This document shows positions 20,507 through 30,293 of a stretch of 41,071 nucleotides of DNA, piece by piece. Every line of letters begins with the position of its first letter. The stretch's first letter is position 1. The stretch is from assembly GCA_947462115.1 (NCBI GenBank), contig CANHON010000001.1, positions 1 through 41,071 on the forward strand. Direction: 5' to 3'. The position numbers and the translations under genes are program-made. Below the pieces are notes generated by a model that did not search any database, was not told where the DNA came from, and saw only the letters and a program-made list of their open reading frames with translations. The stretch is from Deltaproteobacteria bacterium. Lineage in GTDB: Bacteria > Myxococcota_A > UBA796 > UBA2385.

Positions 20507-21430
20507 TCAGAGCGAGGTGACGGTGCCTGCGGGCCAGTTGATGACCGCGAAAGGAGCGTAGTAGTCCTCGGAGTTGACGTTGCGGGTGTCACTCCACGCG
20601 ATCCGCCCGGCCACGTAGATGTTCACGGTGACCATGTTGGTGCCGTTGTAGACGCTGCCCGGGTAATCATGCACATACACGGTGTAGTTGCCGTTGTAGG
20701 GCGCCGCGATGTTGATGTTCTCCGGGCCCACGCCGGGGATATCGTCGAGGTCGAGGCTCGGATCGTCCGTGGTGGAGCTCGGGTATCCCCAGTTGAGGCT
20801 GCTAAAGCCGGTGCAGTTGCCGTAGTAGCAGTCATTCGAGGTGGTGAGGGCCGAGGAGGTCGAGCCGGCGTTGAGCAGGTGCAGGTCCATGTCGTCGCCG
20901 CTGAACTGCCAGTACATCTCGATCCACAGGTCCTCTGAGGGGACGGACTCGAGGGTGACCGTGCAAGGGCGGCTGACGCGGCCGTCCTCGGTGGTGACCA
21001 CGAGCTGGCCGATGTACTCACCGGCGAGGTCCGGCGAGAAGCCCGAGCGCAGCGCGCCGGTGCCGGCGGGCATGCGCACCGAGGAGCCCGGGGGCTGGCT
21101 CGTCAAGGTCCAGTTGTAGGAGGTGATGCGGAGCCCGGCCGGGTCGTAGGAGCCGGAGCCGTCCCAGGTGGCCGTGGTGAAGGGGGGCTCGACCGGGTTG
21201 GGGCTGACCGCGCAGACCGCGACCGGCGCGTCGGGATCGGGCTCGGAGGCGTCGCCGCCCCCTGGGATCCCCGTATCTTCGGGCTCGGGATCGGGCTCCG
21301 GCTCGGCGCTGTCGGCGGGGATCCCCGAGTCTTCGGGCTCGGCCGGCTTGTTGGCCTCTTCTTCTTTGGTCAGATCGTAGTCTGGGGTGCAGCCCAGGAA
21401 GAGCGGGAGAAGAGCAAGCGCGCGGCGCAT
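20507..21430 (-). CDS. lipoprotein: acidic repeat linker, PKD-like domain, C-terminal beta-rich domain
   Basis: 307 aa from ATG 21430, with GGAGGTG 4 nt upstream. The lipobox is LLPLFLGC. The acidic repeats are EPEDSGIP / EPEDTGIP. The PKD-like block is ATWDGSGSYDPAGLRITSYNWTL. The C-terminal domain has DDMDLHLL...DPSLDLDDIPGVGPENI...GNYTVYVHDY, which is reminiscent of YfaP/DUF2135-type domains; my confidence in that similarity is low. Confidence 0.7.
   Translation of the reverse strand: MRRALALLPLFLGCTPDYDLTKEEEANKPAEPEDSGIPADSAEPEPDPEPEDTGIPGGGDASEPDPDAPVAVCAVSPNPVEPPFTTATWDGSGSYDPAGLRITSYNWTLTSQPPGSSVRMPAGTGALRSGFSPDLAGEYIGQLVVTTEDGRVSRPCTVTLESVPSEDLWIEMYWQFSGDDMDLHLLNAGSTSSALTTSNDCYYGNCTGFSSLNWGYPSSTTDDPSLDLDDIPGVGPENINIAAPYNGNYTVYVHDYPGSVYNGTNMVTVNIYVAGRIAWSDTRNVNSEDYYAPFAVINWPAGTVTSL
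21264..21342 (-). repeat. two 25-bp near-identical direct repeats inside the PKD lipoprotein gene (encode EPEDSGIP / EPEDTGIP)
   Basis: gggatccccgtatcttcgggctcgg (21264-21288) versus gggatccccgagtcttcgggctcgg (21318-21342). They differ at 2 positions and are offset by 54 bp, so they are in frame. Confidence 0.8.
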
Positions 21431-21703
21431 CTTCACCTCCGTTGGCGCGGCGCGCCGATAGCGTGGGGGGCGTAAGTCCGTCAAAAGCAGCGATGCACGG
21501 GAGCGAAGCGCCAGCCGAACGAGCGGCAGAGGGGCGCACCCGCGCAGGGTGGACGCATGATGGTCCAATCCAGCCCCGCGCGCAAGCGCAAAGGGGCCTG
21601 CAGAGTGGCACGCCGGTGTCAGCGGCGCCCCTCCGCGCGCAACCTCGGGGCGCCGCGCCCGCAGGGCCTATGATCGGGCCACGCGCGTCGACCGAGGACC
21701 TCC

Positions 21704-22666
21704 ATGCCCCGCCCCTTTGAGCGCCTCCCGCTGCACCAGCTCGCGGAGCGCCCCGCCGACCACCCCTTCTTCAGCACCCCCGAGCGCCGGGTGCGCGTGT
21801 TCACGCCAGCCCTCGGCGAGACCACCGCGAGCGTGCGGATCCTCGGCGCCGGCCCTCCCCTGCTGCTGATCCACGGCCTGATGACCACGGGCTACTCCTG
21901 GCGCGAGGTGCTCGCGCCGCTCGCGGAGCGCTACACCCTGCTGGTGCCCGATCTCATCGGCGCGGGCCGAAGCCTCAGCCCCGGCTGCCCCTTGCCGCCC
22001 GAGGCGGTGGCCGACTGGCTCGCGGCGCTGCTTGAGGCGATGGGCGTTCCGAACACCGTCGCCATCGGCAATTCGATGGGAGGCTACCTCGGGCTATGGC
22101 TGGCGCTGCGCCGCCCCGACCTGCTGCGCCGACTGCTGATCATGCACGCGCCGGGCCTCCCCGAGCCCCGCCTGCGTCTGCTCGGCTGGGCGCTGCGCCT
22201 GCCGGGGGCCCGCGGACTGCTCCGGGCCTTGGTGCAGCGGGACGCCGAGCGCTGGGTGTGGCGGAACGTACACTACTGGGATGAGACCAAGAAGTCCCGC
22301 GAAGAGCTCCGCGAATATGCCGCCCCGCTCTGCACCGAGGCCGGGCTGGAGGGCTTCTTGGCGCAGCTCCGCGACATGATGAGCTTCGCCGGGACGCTTC
22401 GGCTGCAGGCCGCCCTCCGCGCCCTCCCCAGCGGCCCCGCCGTCCCGCTGCGCCTGCTCTATGCCCGCCGCGACCCGATGGTGCCCCCGGCGATGGGCCC
22501 CCGCCTGCAAGCCCTGCTGCCGGGCACGGCCCTCGACTGGGCAGAAGAGGGCGGGCACTTCTTGCATGTGGACCGCCCGGCGCTGTTCTTGCGCCTCGCC
22601 CTGCCCTTCCTCGAGGCCGAGCCGAAGGGCGCCGCCCCGGGTGCAGCCCCGCCGCCGTTGGGATAA
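21704..22666 (+). CDS. alpha/beta-fold hydrolase
   Basis: 320 aa. The blocks are GPPLLLIHGLMTTGYSW and nucleophile elbow IGNSMGGYLGL, with a C-terminal GGHFLHVDRP (His of the triad). Confidence 0.8.
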   Translation: MPRPFERLPLHQLAERPADHPFFSTPERRVRVFTPALGETTASVRILGAGPPLLLIHGLMTTGYSWREVLAPLAERYTLLVPDLIGAGRSLSPGCPLPPEAVADWLAALLEAMGVPNTVAIGNSMGGYLGLWLALRRPDLLRRLLIMHAPGLPEPRLRLLGWALRLPGARGLLRALVQRDAERWVWRNVHYWDETKKSREELREYAAPLCTEAGLEGFLAQLRDMMSFAGTLRLQAALRALPSGPAVPLRLLYARRDPMVPPAMGPRLQALLPGTALDWAEEGGHFLHVDRPALFLRLALPFLEAEPKGAAPGAAPPPLG

Positions 22667-22832
22667 GCGGCGCCCGCTGAATGAGGATTCATTCAGCCCA
22701 GCGGCGCGGGCCCGTCGCGATCATCGACGCGAGCGGCGCAGGCCGCAAACGCCACCAAGGCGTCCCCGAGGACCCCGCGGTCCCCCTTCCACACCCCTCG
22801 GGCCGCGGGCCCAGGGCACGCTCGGAGAGACG

Positions 22833-25268
22833 ATGGCTTCCCAGATCCAGAAGGTGGCGGTGCTCGGCGCCGGCGTCATGGGCCAGGGCATCGCTGCCCA
22901 CCTGGCCAACGCCGGCATCCCCTCGGTCCTCTACGACATGGTGCCGCGCGAGCTGCCCGCGGGCGCGCCCCGGAGCAAGCTCGCGATCGACGGCATCGCC
23001 AACGCGAGCAAGCTCAAGCCGGCGGCCTTCTTCCGCGCCGACCAGGCCCGGCTCATCACGCCCGCCAACTACGAAGACGACGGCGCGCTGCTCGGCACCT
23101 GCGACCTCATCATCGAGGTGGTGGTCGAGCGCCTCGACATCAAGGCCAAGATCTTCTCCTGGGTGGCGGAGCACCGCCGGGCCGACGCCATCGTCGCGTC
23201 CAACACCTCGGGCCTGCCGCTCCGCGACATGGCGGCCAGCATGAGCCCGGAGATGCGCGCGCACTTCCTCATCATGCACTTCTTCAACCCGGTGCGGTAC
23301 ATGCGCCTGTTGGAGCTCGTGGCCGGCCCCGACACCAAGCCCGAGGTGCTCGCCGCCGTCGCCGACTTCGGCGAAGAGAAGCTCGGCAAGGGCATCGTCT
23401 ACGCCAAGGATACGCCCAACTTTGTGGGCAACCGCGTCGGCACCTTCGGCATCGTCAGCGTCTTCAAGCACATGGAGGCCCTTGGCCTCAGCATTGAAGA
23501 CGTGGACGCCATCTTCGGCAAGGCCGTCGGCCGCCCCAAGCTCGGCGTCTTCGCCCTGGGCGACCTCGTGGGCCTCGACACGCTCGACCACGTGTTCGGC
23601 AACGTCTTCCACGGCTGCCCCGATGACGAGCAGCGCGAGGCCTTCGTCTCGCCGCCCTGGCTCAAGCAGATGGTCGCCGAGGGCGCTGTTGGCAACAAGT
23701 CCGGCAAGGGCTTCTACCAAAAGAGCAACGAGCGCGACGCCAAGGGCCGCCGCATCACGCTGGCCCGCGATCTGGCCACCGGCGAGTACAAGCCGGCCGC
23801 CCGGCCCAAGTTTGACTCGGTCACCCAGGCGAGCAGCTTCGCCGACGACCCGGCCGCCGCCACCCGCATCCTCCTGCGGGGCGAGGACAAGGCCGCGGCC
23901 TTCGCCTGGGCCGTGACCGCCGACAGCCTCATCTACACCGCCAACCGCATCCCCGAGATCGCCGACGACATCGTCAACATCGACCGGGCCATGCGCTGGG
24001 GCTTCAACTGGGATCTCGGCCCCTTCGAGGGCTGGGACGCGCTCGGGGTGGGCGCCAGCGTCGCCCGCATGGAGGGCGAGGGCCGGGTGGTCCCCGCTTG
24101 GGTCAAGGACATGCTTGCCAAGGGCCGCGAGAGCTTCTACGCCTATGTCGACGGCAAGCCCACCTACTGGGACGCCGTCAAGGGCGAGAGCGCGCCCCTG
24201 CCCTCTTCGCCGCGCTGGCTGTTCATCGCTGACGCGAAGCAGCGCAGCCCGGTGGTGCAGAAGAACGACGCCGCCGAGCTGATCGACATCGGCGACGGTG
24301 TTTTGCTCCTCCAGTTCAACCGCCCCGCGCAGATGAACGCCCTCGAGCAGGACATGTTCGAGCTCTACAACACCGCGCTCGACAAGCTCGACGCGGGCGA
24401 GTGGGAGGCCCTCGTCGTCGGCTCGCAGGGCAGCCCCCGCGGTCAGTTCCGCCCCTCGGTCGGGCCCAACGGCCAGGCCTTCTGCGCCGGCGCCAACCTG
24501 ATGATGGTCGGCATGGCGGCCATGCAGGGCGAGTGGGACACCATCGACCAGATGATCCGCGGCATGCAGACCATCCTGCAGCGCGCGCTCTACAGCAAGC
24601 GCCCGGTGGTCACCGCGCCCTTCGCCCTCACGCTGGGCGGCGGCCTCGAGGTCGCCATGCAGTCGGCGGCCACCGTCACCACCGGCGAGGTCTACATGGG
24701 CCTCGTCGAGGCCGGCATGGGCCTGCTCCCCGCCGGCGGCGGCTGCAAGGAGATGCTGCGGCGCCTGCTCGGGGACATCCCCGCGGCCGTGAACTACGAC
24801 CCGAACCCCTTCGTTCAGGCCGCGTTCATGAACATCGGCCTCGCCAAGTTCTCGACCTCGGCCGAAGAGGCGCGCGACATGCGCTACCTCCGCTCCACCG
24901 ACAAGGTCGTGATGGACGCTGATCAGCTCATCTGGGAGGCCAAGCGCACGGCGCTGGGCTTGGTGGCCAGCGGCTACCAGCCGCCCCGCCCGAGCAAGCT
25001 CAAGCTGCCCGGCAACAGCGGCCGCGCCACCATCGAGCTCAAGCTGCACGATCTCGTGCAGGGCGGCTTCGCGAGCGAGCACGACGCCAAGGTCGCCCGC
25101 CGCATCGCCCACGTGCTCAACGGCGGCGACATCCCCGCGGGCACCTGGGTCGATGAGCAGCACATCCTCGACCTGGAGCGCGAGGGCTTCCTCTCCTTGC
25201 TCGGCGAGGAGAAGACCATGGAGCGCATCACGCACTTCATCTCGACGGGCAAGGTGCTCCGCAACTAG
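22833..25268 (+). CDS. fadN: 3-hydroxyacyl-CoA dehydrogenase / enoyl-CoA hydratase fusion (FadN-type order: dehydrogenase N-terminal, crotonase C-terminal)
   Basis: 811 aa from ATG 22833 (MASQIQKVAVLGAGVMGQGIAAHLANAG, a Rossmann motif). The 3HCDH blocks are NTSGL and FFNPVRYMRLLE. The C-terminal crotonase block is FCAGANLMMV...GGGLE. The track ORF start at 22461 overlaps the preceding gene. Confidence 0.88.
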   Translation: MASQIQKVAVLGAGVMGQGIAAHLANAGIPSVLYDMVPRELPAGAPRSKLAIDGIANASKLKPAAFFRADQARLITPANYEDDGALLGTCDLIIEVVVERLDIKAKIFSWVAEHRRADAIVASNTSGLPLRDMAASMSPEMRAHFLIMHFFNPVRYMRLLELVAGPDTKPEVLAAVADFGEEKLGKGIVYAKDTPNFVGNRVGTFGIVSVFKHMEALGLSIEDVDAIFGKAVGRPKLGVFALGDLVGLDTLDHVFGNVFHGCPDDEQREAFVSPPWLKQMVAEGAVGNKSGKGFYQKSNERDAKGRRITLARDLATGEYKPAARPKFDSVTQASSFADDPAAATRILLRGEDKAAAFAWAVTADSLIYTANRIPEIADDIVNIDRAMRWGFNWDLGPFEGWDALGVGASVARMEGEGRVVPAWVKDMLAKGRESFYAYVDGKPTYWDAVKGESAPLPSSPRWLFIADAKQRSPVVQKNDAAELIDIGDGVLLLQFNRPAQMNALEQDMFELYNTALDKLDAGEWEALVVGSQGSPRGQFRPSVGPNGQAFCAGANLMMVGMAAMQGEWDTIDQMIRGMQTILQRALYSKRPVVTAPFALTLGGGLEVAMQSAATVTTGEVYMGLVEAGMGLLPAGGGCKEMLRRLLGDIPAAVNYDPNPFVQAAFMNIGLAKFSTSAEEARDMRYLRSTDKVVMDADQLIWEAKRTALGLVASGYQPPRPSKLKLPGNSGRATIELKLHDLVQGGFASEHDAKVARRIAHVLNGGDIPAGTWVDEQHILDLEREGFLSLLGEEKTMERITHFISTGKVLRN

Positions 25269-25307
25269 CCCGCCCCGCAGCCAACATCCGAAACACGTGA
25301 GGAAAAC

Positions 25308-26483
25308 ATGAGCAAGAACCCCCGTGATCCGGTCGTGGTCGCCGCGGTGCGCACGCCCGTCACCAAGTCCAAGAAGGGCGGCCTCAAAGACACCCGCCCC
25401 GACGACCTTTTGATGATCGCCCTCAAGGGCCTGCTGGAGCGCGTTCCCGGCTTCGACGCCGCGAGCATCGACGACGTGGTGGTCGGCACCGCCATGCCCG
25501 AGGGTGAGCAGGGCATGAACGTGGCCCGCATCGCGAGCCTCGGCGCCGGCCTGCCCGACACCGTGCCGGCCATGACCTTGAACCGCTTCTGCAGCAGCGG
25601 CCTCGAGGCGCTGGCGCAGGCCGGCTCCAACATCGCCGCGGGCTGGTACGACGTGGCCATCGCGGCCGGCGTCGAGTCCATGACGATGATCCCGATGGGC
25701 GGCGACCGCCCCTCGCCCAACCCGACGCTGATGGCCGAGCAGCCCGACATCTACGTCACGATGGGCATGACCTCGGAGAACGTCTGCAGCCGCTTCGGGG
25801 TGCCCCGGGCGGAGCAAGACGCCTTCGCGGTGCGGAGCCACCAGAAGGCCGCCGCCGCCATCGCCGCGGGCCGCTTCGCCGACGAGATCGTGCCGGTGAA
25901 GACCCGCAGCTTCGACGGCACGGCCTGGAAGGACGTGACCATCTCGATCGACGACGGCGTGCGCGCCGACACCACGGCCGAGGGCCTCGGCAAGCTGCGG
26001 GCCGCCTTCTCCAAGACCGGCGCCAGCACGGCCGGCAACTCCTCGCAGACCAGCGACGGCGCCGCCGCGGTGCTCGTCATGGCCCGCGAGAAGGCCGAAG
26101 CCTTGGGCCTTCAGCCCCTCGGCGTGCTCCGCAGCTACGCGGTGGTGGGCGTGCCCGCCGACATCATGGGCATCGGGCCGGCCAAGGCCATCCCCAAGGC
26201 CCTGGCCAAGGCCGGGATCAGCGTGGCTGACGTCGATCTCTTCGAGATCAACGAGGCCTTCGCGAGCCAGGCCATCTACTGCGCCCGCGAGCTCGGCCTC
26301 GACGCCGAGAAGGTCAACGTCAACGGCGGCGCCATCGCGCTGGGCCACCCGCTGGGCTGCACCGGCGCCAAGCTCACCGCGACCCTGCTGCACGAGATGG
26401 GCCGGCGCGGCAGCCGCTACGGCATCGTGAGCATGTGCATCGGCGGCGGCATGGGCGCCGCGGCGGTGTTCGAGCGCGAGTAG
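25308..26483 (+). CDS. fadA: acetyl-CoA C-acyltransferase (thiolase)
   Basis: 391 aa. The Cys nucleophile block is [12 protein letters not shown]. The C-terminal signatures are NEAFASQ and [18 protein letters not shown]. Confidence 0.93.
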   Translation: MSKNPRDPVVVAAVRTPVTKSKKGGLKDTRPDDLLMIALKGLLERVPGFDAASIDDVVVGTAMPEGEQGMNVARIASLGAGLPDTVPAMTLNRFCSSGLEALAQAGSNIAAGWYDVAIAAGVESMTMIPMGGDRPSPNPTLMAEQPDIYVTMGMTSENVCSRFGVPRAEQDAFAVRSHQKAAAAIAAGRFADEIVPVKTRSFDGTAWKDVTISIDDGVRADTTAEGLGKLRAAFSKTGASTAGNSSQTSDGAAAVLVMAREKAEALGLQPLGVLRSYAVVGVPADIMGIGPAKAIPKALAKAGISVADVDLFEINEAFASQAIYCARELGLDAEKVNVNGGAIALGHPLGCTGAKLTATLLHEMGRRGSRYGIVSMCIGGGMGAAAVFERE

Positions 26484-26508
26484 ACGCGCGCCCTCGGGCG
26501 ACGGGTCG

Positions 26509-26544
26509 AGCGGCCGCGGCGGGGTGCCCCCTGTCGCGGCCGCT
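26509..26544 (+). terminator. GC-rich stem-loop after fadA (candidate intrinsic terminator separating the fad and che operons)
   Basis: AGCGGCCGCG (26509-26518) pairs perfectly with CGCGGCCGCT (26535-26544). The inner segment GCGGGG/CCCCTGT can extend the stem. The hairpin is followed by ttcaatt, which is only a weak T-tract. Confidence 0.45.
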
Positions 26545-26683
26545 TCAATTCCGCAGCCCCGCCGGCGCGGCCCTGGTGGCCCGATCGGGTCATGCGCGTG
26601 CAGATCGCCTTTATCTCGCCGCCGCCCTCCCGATGGGAGCGGGGCCGGGCCCCCCGAGGCCCGCCCCAACGCCGAGGGTGACG

Positions 26684-28807
26684 ATGGACAGCGAGACCCA
26701 AGAGATCATCGACTACTTCCTCACGGAGAGCCGCGAGTCGGTCGCCGAGGTTGAGCCGCTGTTGATTGGCCTCGAAGCCGGCGGCGCCCACGTCGATCGG
26801 GCCACCATCGACAAGATCTTCCGCCTGTTTCACAGCATGAAGGGCAGCGCCGGCTTCTTGGAGTTCCAGCACGTCGAGTCGGTGACCCACCAGGCCGAGA
26901 CGCTGCTCGATCGGGTCCGCAACGGCAGCCTGACCTTCGACCCGCCCCTCGTGGACCTGCTCTGCCGCGCGCTCGACTTCACCAATGACGCGCTGGACGC
27001 CATTGAGGCCATGCTCACCGACGCGAGCCTCGCGGAGGAGGCCGCGGGCCTCATCCAGCGCCTCAAGGGCTTCGGCGCCGCGCCCACCGCCGAGCCGGCC
27101 CGCGCGCCGGTCGCCCCAGCCCACGTGGCCACCAAGCCGCCGAGCGCCCCGCCGCTGGCCGCCCCGCCGCCCCCGGCCGCCGAGGCCTGGACCGGCCCGC
27201 AGCCCGCAGCACCCCGTGGGGAGATCAACGTCTTCGCGCCGGTCGCCGCGCCCAGCGCCGCCGAGACCGACAGCGGGCTCAGCTCCTTGTTCGACTCCTT
27301 GTCGCGCGGGGCCAAGATCGAGCGGAGCCTCCCGACGCCGGAGGCCAGCTCCGCGAACGTCGCGCCGACGCCCCGCGCCCCGACCCCGCCTGCCCCTGCG
27401 CCGGCCAAAACCGCCGCCTCGCCGCACCGCCTGGGCGAGATCTTGATCGAGGCCGGCCTCGCGAGCCCGGCGCAGATCGAGGAGGCGCTCAAGGACAAGC
27501 GCCTGCCGGTGGGCCAAAAGCTGGTGCAGATGCAGGTCGTCCCCCCGGAGCGCATCCAAGAGGCGCTCGCGGTGCAGTCGGCGCGCCGGGGTGACCCCGA
27601 CAAGGCCGCCGAAGAAGAGGACGGCAAGGGCCGCAGCCGCGCCGAGTACCTCCGCGTGGACGTGCGCAAGCTCGACCAGCTCATGGACCTCATCGGCGAG
27701 CTCATCATCGCCGAGACGGCGGTCACCCACGGACCGGCCCGGGACACCGAGGTGGACGGCTCCCAAAAGGCCGCCGTGCAGCTCAACCGGGTGACCCGCG
27801 GGCTGCAGGACGTGGCCATGTCCCTGCGCATGGTGCCCATCGAGCCCACCTTCAAGAAGATGGTGCGCTTGGTCCGCGATCTGAGCCGCCGCCAAGGCAA
27901 GCGCATCACCCTCGAGATCTCCGGCGAGGACACCGAGGTCGACAAAAGCGTGGTGGAGGCGATCTCCGACCCGCTGGTCCACCTCATCCGCAACTCCATC
28001 GACCACGGCGTCGAGGACGTGGACGAGCGGATCCGGGTCGGCAAGGCGCCCGAGGGCCGCATCACCCTGTCGGCCCGCCAGCAGGCCGGGGAGATCCGCA
28101 TCGAGGTGCGGGACGACGGGCGCGGCCTCGATCGTGCCCGCATCCTCAAGAAGGGCGTGGAGCGCGGCCTTGTGAAGGGCGACGGCGCCGAGCTCAGCGA
28201 CGCCGAGGTCTACCGGCTCATCTTCGAGCCGGGCTTCTCCACGGCGGCGGCGGTCACCGACATCTCGGGCCGCGGCGTCGGCATGGACGTGGTGAAGCAG
28301 AACATCGAGAGCGTGAAGGGCCGGGTGGAGGTGCAGAGCACGCCAGGCGCCGGCTCGGTGATGGCGCTGCGCATCCCGCTCACCCTCGCGATCATCGAGG
28401 GCATGCTCGTGCGCGTCGGCACCAGCCGGTTCACCTTGCCCATCCTGTCGATCACCGAGACCGTCGGCGTGACGGCCCGCGACGTGACGCGGCTCACCAA
28501 CGGCGCCGAGGTGGTCCGGGTGCGGGGGCGGCTGCTGCCGGTCTACCGCCTCCACGAGCTCTACGAGCTCAAGCCCGACAGCACCCGCATCGAAGACGGC
28601 CTGCTGGTCGTCATTGAAGACGGCAATGACCGGGTGTGTGTGCTGGTCGATGAGCTCATCGGCCAACGCCAGACCGTCGTGAAGTCGCTCAGCGGCTACC
28701 TCGGCAGCGTGCGCGGCCTCGCCGGCTGCACGGTGCTCGGCGACGGCTCGATCAGCCTCATCATTGACGTCGCAAAGCTGATCCACGACGTGCACGCCGC
28801 TGCATGA
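26684..28807 (+). CDS. cheA: chemotaxis histidine kinase CheA (P1-linker-unusual helical motif-P3-P4-P5; no receiver domain)
   Basis: 707 aa from ATG 26684. The HPt block is FRLFHSMKGSAGFL. A Pro/Ala-rich linker follows. The dimerisation region is YLRVDVRKLDQLMDLIGELI. The ATPase boxes are HLIRNSIDHG, DDGRGLD, GFST and GRGVGMD. The CheW-like P5 domain is at the C-terminus. Confidence 0.93.
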   Translation: MDSETQEIIDYFLTESRESVAEVEPLLIGLEAGGAHVDRATIDKIFRLFHSMKGSAGFLEFQHVESVTHQAETLLDRVRNGSLTFDPPLVDLLCRALDFTNDALDAIEAMLTDASLAEEAAGLIQRLKGFGAAPTAEPARAPVAPAHVATKPPSAPPLAAPPPPAAEAWTGPQPAAPRGEINVFAPVAAPSAAETDSGLSSLFDSLSRGAKIERSLPTPEASSANVAPTPRAPTPPAPAPAKTAASPHRLGEILIEAGLASPAQIEEALKDKRLPVGQKLVQMQVVPPERIQEALAVQSARRGDPDKAAEEEDGKGRSRAEYLRVDVRKLDQLMDLIGELIIAETAVTHGPARDTEVDGSQKAAVQLNRVTRGLQDVAMSLRMVPIEPTFKKMVRLVRDLSRRQGKRITLEISGEDTEVDKSVVEAISDPLVHLIRNSIDHGVEDVDERIRVGKAPEGRITLSARQQAGEIRIEVRDDGRGLDRARILKKGVERGLVKGDGAELSDAEVYRLIFEPGFSTAAAVTDISGRGVGMDVVKQNIESVKGRVEVQSTPGAGSVMALRIPLTLAIIEGMLVRVGTSRFTLPILSITETVGVTARDVTRLTNGAEVVRVRGRLLPVYRLHELYELKPDSTRIEDGLLVVIEDGNDRVCVLVDELIGQRQTVVKSLSGYLGSVRGLAGCTVLGDGSISLIIDVAKLIHDVHAAA

Positions 28808-28870
28808 GCAGCCCCGCCGATCCGATCCCCTGACCGAGACCCCAAAGACCCCGCCTCGACAACCGGCCCC

Positions 28871-29374
28871 ATGGAGCAGCGCATGCCCAGCATCTCGACC
28901 GCGCAGGACCACGACTACGCTGAGCTCCAAGAGCGCACGAAGTACCTGACCTTCATCTTGGGCAGCGAGAGCTACGGCCTCGACATCATGTATGTCCGAG
29001 AGATCATTGGCATGCAGCAGTTCACCATGGTGCCCGACGTGCCAGCCTTCGTCAAAGGGGTCATCAACCTCCGCGGCAAGGTGATCCCCGTGATGGACGT
29101 CCGCCTGCGCTTTCGCATGCCGGAGCGGGCCTATGACGACCGCACCTGCATCATCGTGATCCACGTCGGCGACTGGCTGGTGGGCCTCGTGGTCGACACG
29201 GTCTCCGAGGTGCTCGACATCCCCCAGGCGGACGTGGAGCTGCCGCCGCAGGCCTTCGGCCGGAACAACGACCACTTCATCGCCGGGATGGGCAAGGTGG
29301 GCGACCAGGTCCGCATGCTGCTCGACGCCGAGAAGCTCGTCGGCGCACCGCCGCGGGCCGCCGCCACGGCCTGA
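28871..29374 (+). CDS. cheW: chemotaxis coupling protein CheW
   Basis: 167 aa. The blocks are YLTFILGSESYGLDIMYVREI and PAFVKGVINLRGKVIPVMDVRLRF. An alternative ATG lies at 28883. Confidence 0.9.
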   Translation: MEQRMPSISTAQDHDYAELQERTKYLTFILGSESYGLDIMYVREIIGMQQFTMVPDVPAFVKGVINLRGKVIPVMDVRLRFRMPERAYDDRTCIIVIHVGDWLVGLVVDTVSEVLDIPQADVELPPQAFGRNNDHFIAGMGKVGDQVRMLLDAEKLVGAPPRAAATA

Positions 29375-29426
29375 GCTGAACCCACCGGGTTGCCCGCGCG
29401 CCCCTGCCGCCGCCCAGAGAGGACCG

Positions 29427-30293
29427 ATGTCCAGCCAAGCCTCCACAACGCCGCTGGCGCCGAACTTGGAGATCAGCGAAGCTGACTTCCAACACACGGC
29501 CCGGCTGGTTCGAGAGCACTTTGGGATCCACCTGACCCCCGCCAAGCGCGCGATGGTCGCGAGCCGGCTGTTCCGAGTGGTCCGCGAACGTGGCTTCGAT
29601 AGCTACCACACCTTCTGCCAATCCATGCTCCAAAACCCCACCTACGAGACCTTGAGCCTCGTGGTGGACTGCATCTCCACCAACCACACCTTCTTCAACC
29701 GGGAGCCCGAGCACCTGTGGATGCTCCGCGACGAGGTGCTGCCGGAGCTGATCGCCGCCCAGCGGCGCAACCGCGAGCAGGACGTTCGGGTGTGGTGCGC
29801 GGCCTCCTCGACCGGCGAAGAGCCCTACTCTCTGGCCATGGTGCTGCAGGACGCGCTCGGCGCCGACTACGGCGGCTGGAAGGCCGGTCTGCTCGCCACC
29901 GACATCAGCCAGAACGCCCTCAAACAAGCCGAGACCGGCACCTACCCCACCGACTCGGTGCGGACGCTGCCCAAAGCTTGGCAGGACCGCTACTTCGACC
30001 ACCGCCCGGACGGGCTCAGCGTGGTGAAGGCCTCGGTGCGGCGCGAGGTGACCTTCCGGCGCTTCAACCTGATGAACACCAGCTTCCCGTTCCGCAGCCC
30101 CTTCCACGCGATCTTCTGCCGCAACGTGATGATCTACTTTGAAGACGACACGCGGCGGGCCCTACTGGAACGCATGGCCAACGCGCTCGCGCCTGGCGGG
30201 TGGTTCTTCGTCGGCCACGCCGAGACCATCTCGGGCCTCACCAACCGGTTTCGGCTGGTTCACCCGGGCGCCTACCGGAAGGAGGGGCGATGA
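29427..30293 (+). CDS. cheR: chemotaxis protein methyltransferase CheR
   Basis: 288 aa. The blocks are TNHTFFNREPEH, VWCAASSTGEEPYSLAM, LATDIS and IFCRNVMIYF. Confidence 0.92.
   Translation: MSSQASTTPLAPNLEISEADFQHTARLVREHFGIHLTPAKRAMVASRLFRVVRERGFDSYHTFCQSMLQNPTYETLSLVVDCISTNHTFFNREPEHLWMLRDEVLPELIAAQRRNREQDVRVWCAASSTGEEPYSLAMVLQDALGADYGGWKAGLLATDISQNALKQAETGTYPTDSVRTLPKAWQDRYFDHRPDGLSVVKASVRREVTFRRFNLMNTSFPFRSPFHAIFCRNVMIYFEDDTRRALLERMANALAPGGWFFVGHAETISGLTNRFRLVHPGAYRKEGR

Noticed and set aside
21606-21621. A sigma-54-like -24 element, TGGCACG, lies ~85 nt upstream of the alpha/beta hydrolase gene.
   Set aside because: The -12 position reads TGTC rather than TTGC(A/T), so the conserved GC dinucleotide is missing at the required spacing. 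A single heptamer in GC-rich DNA is not enough.
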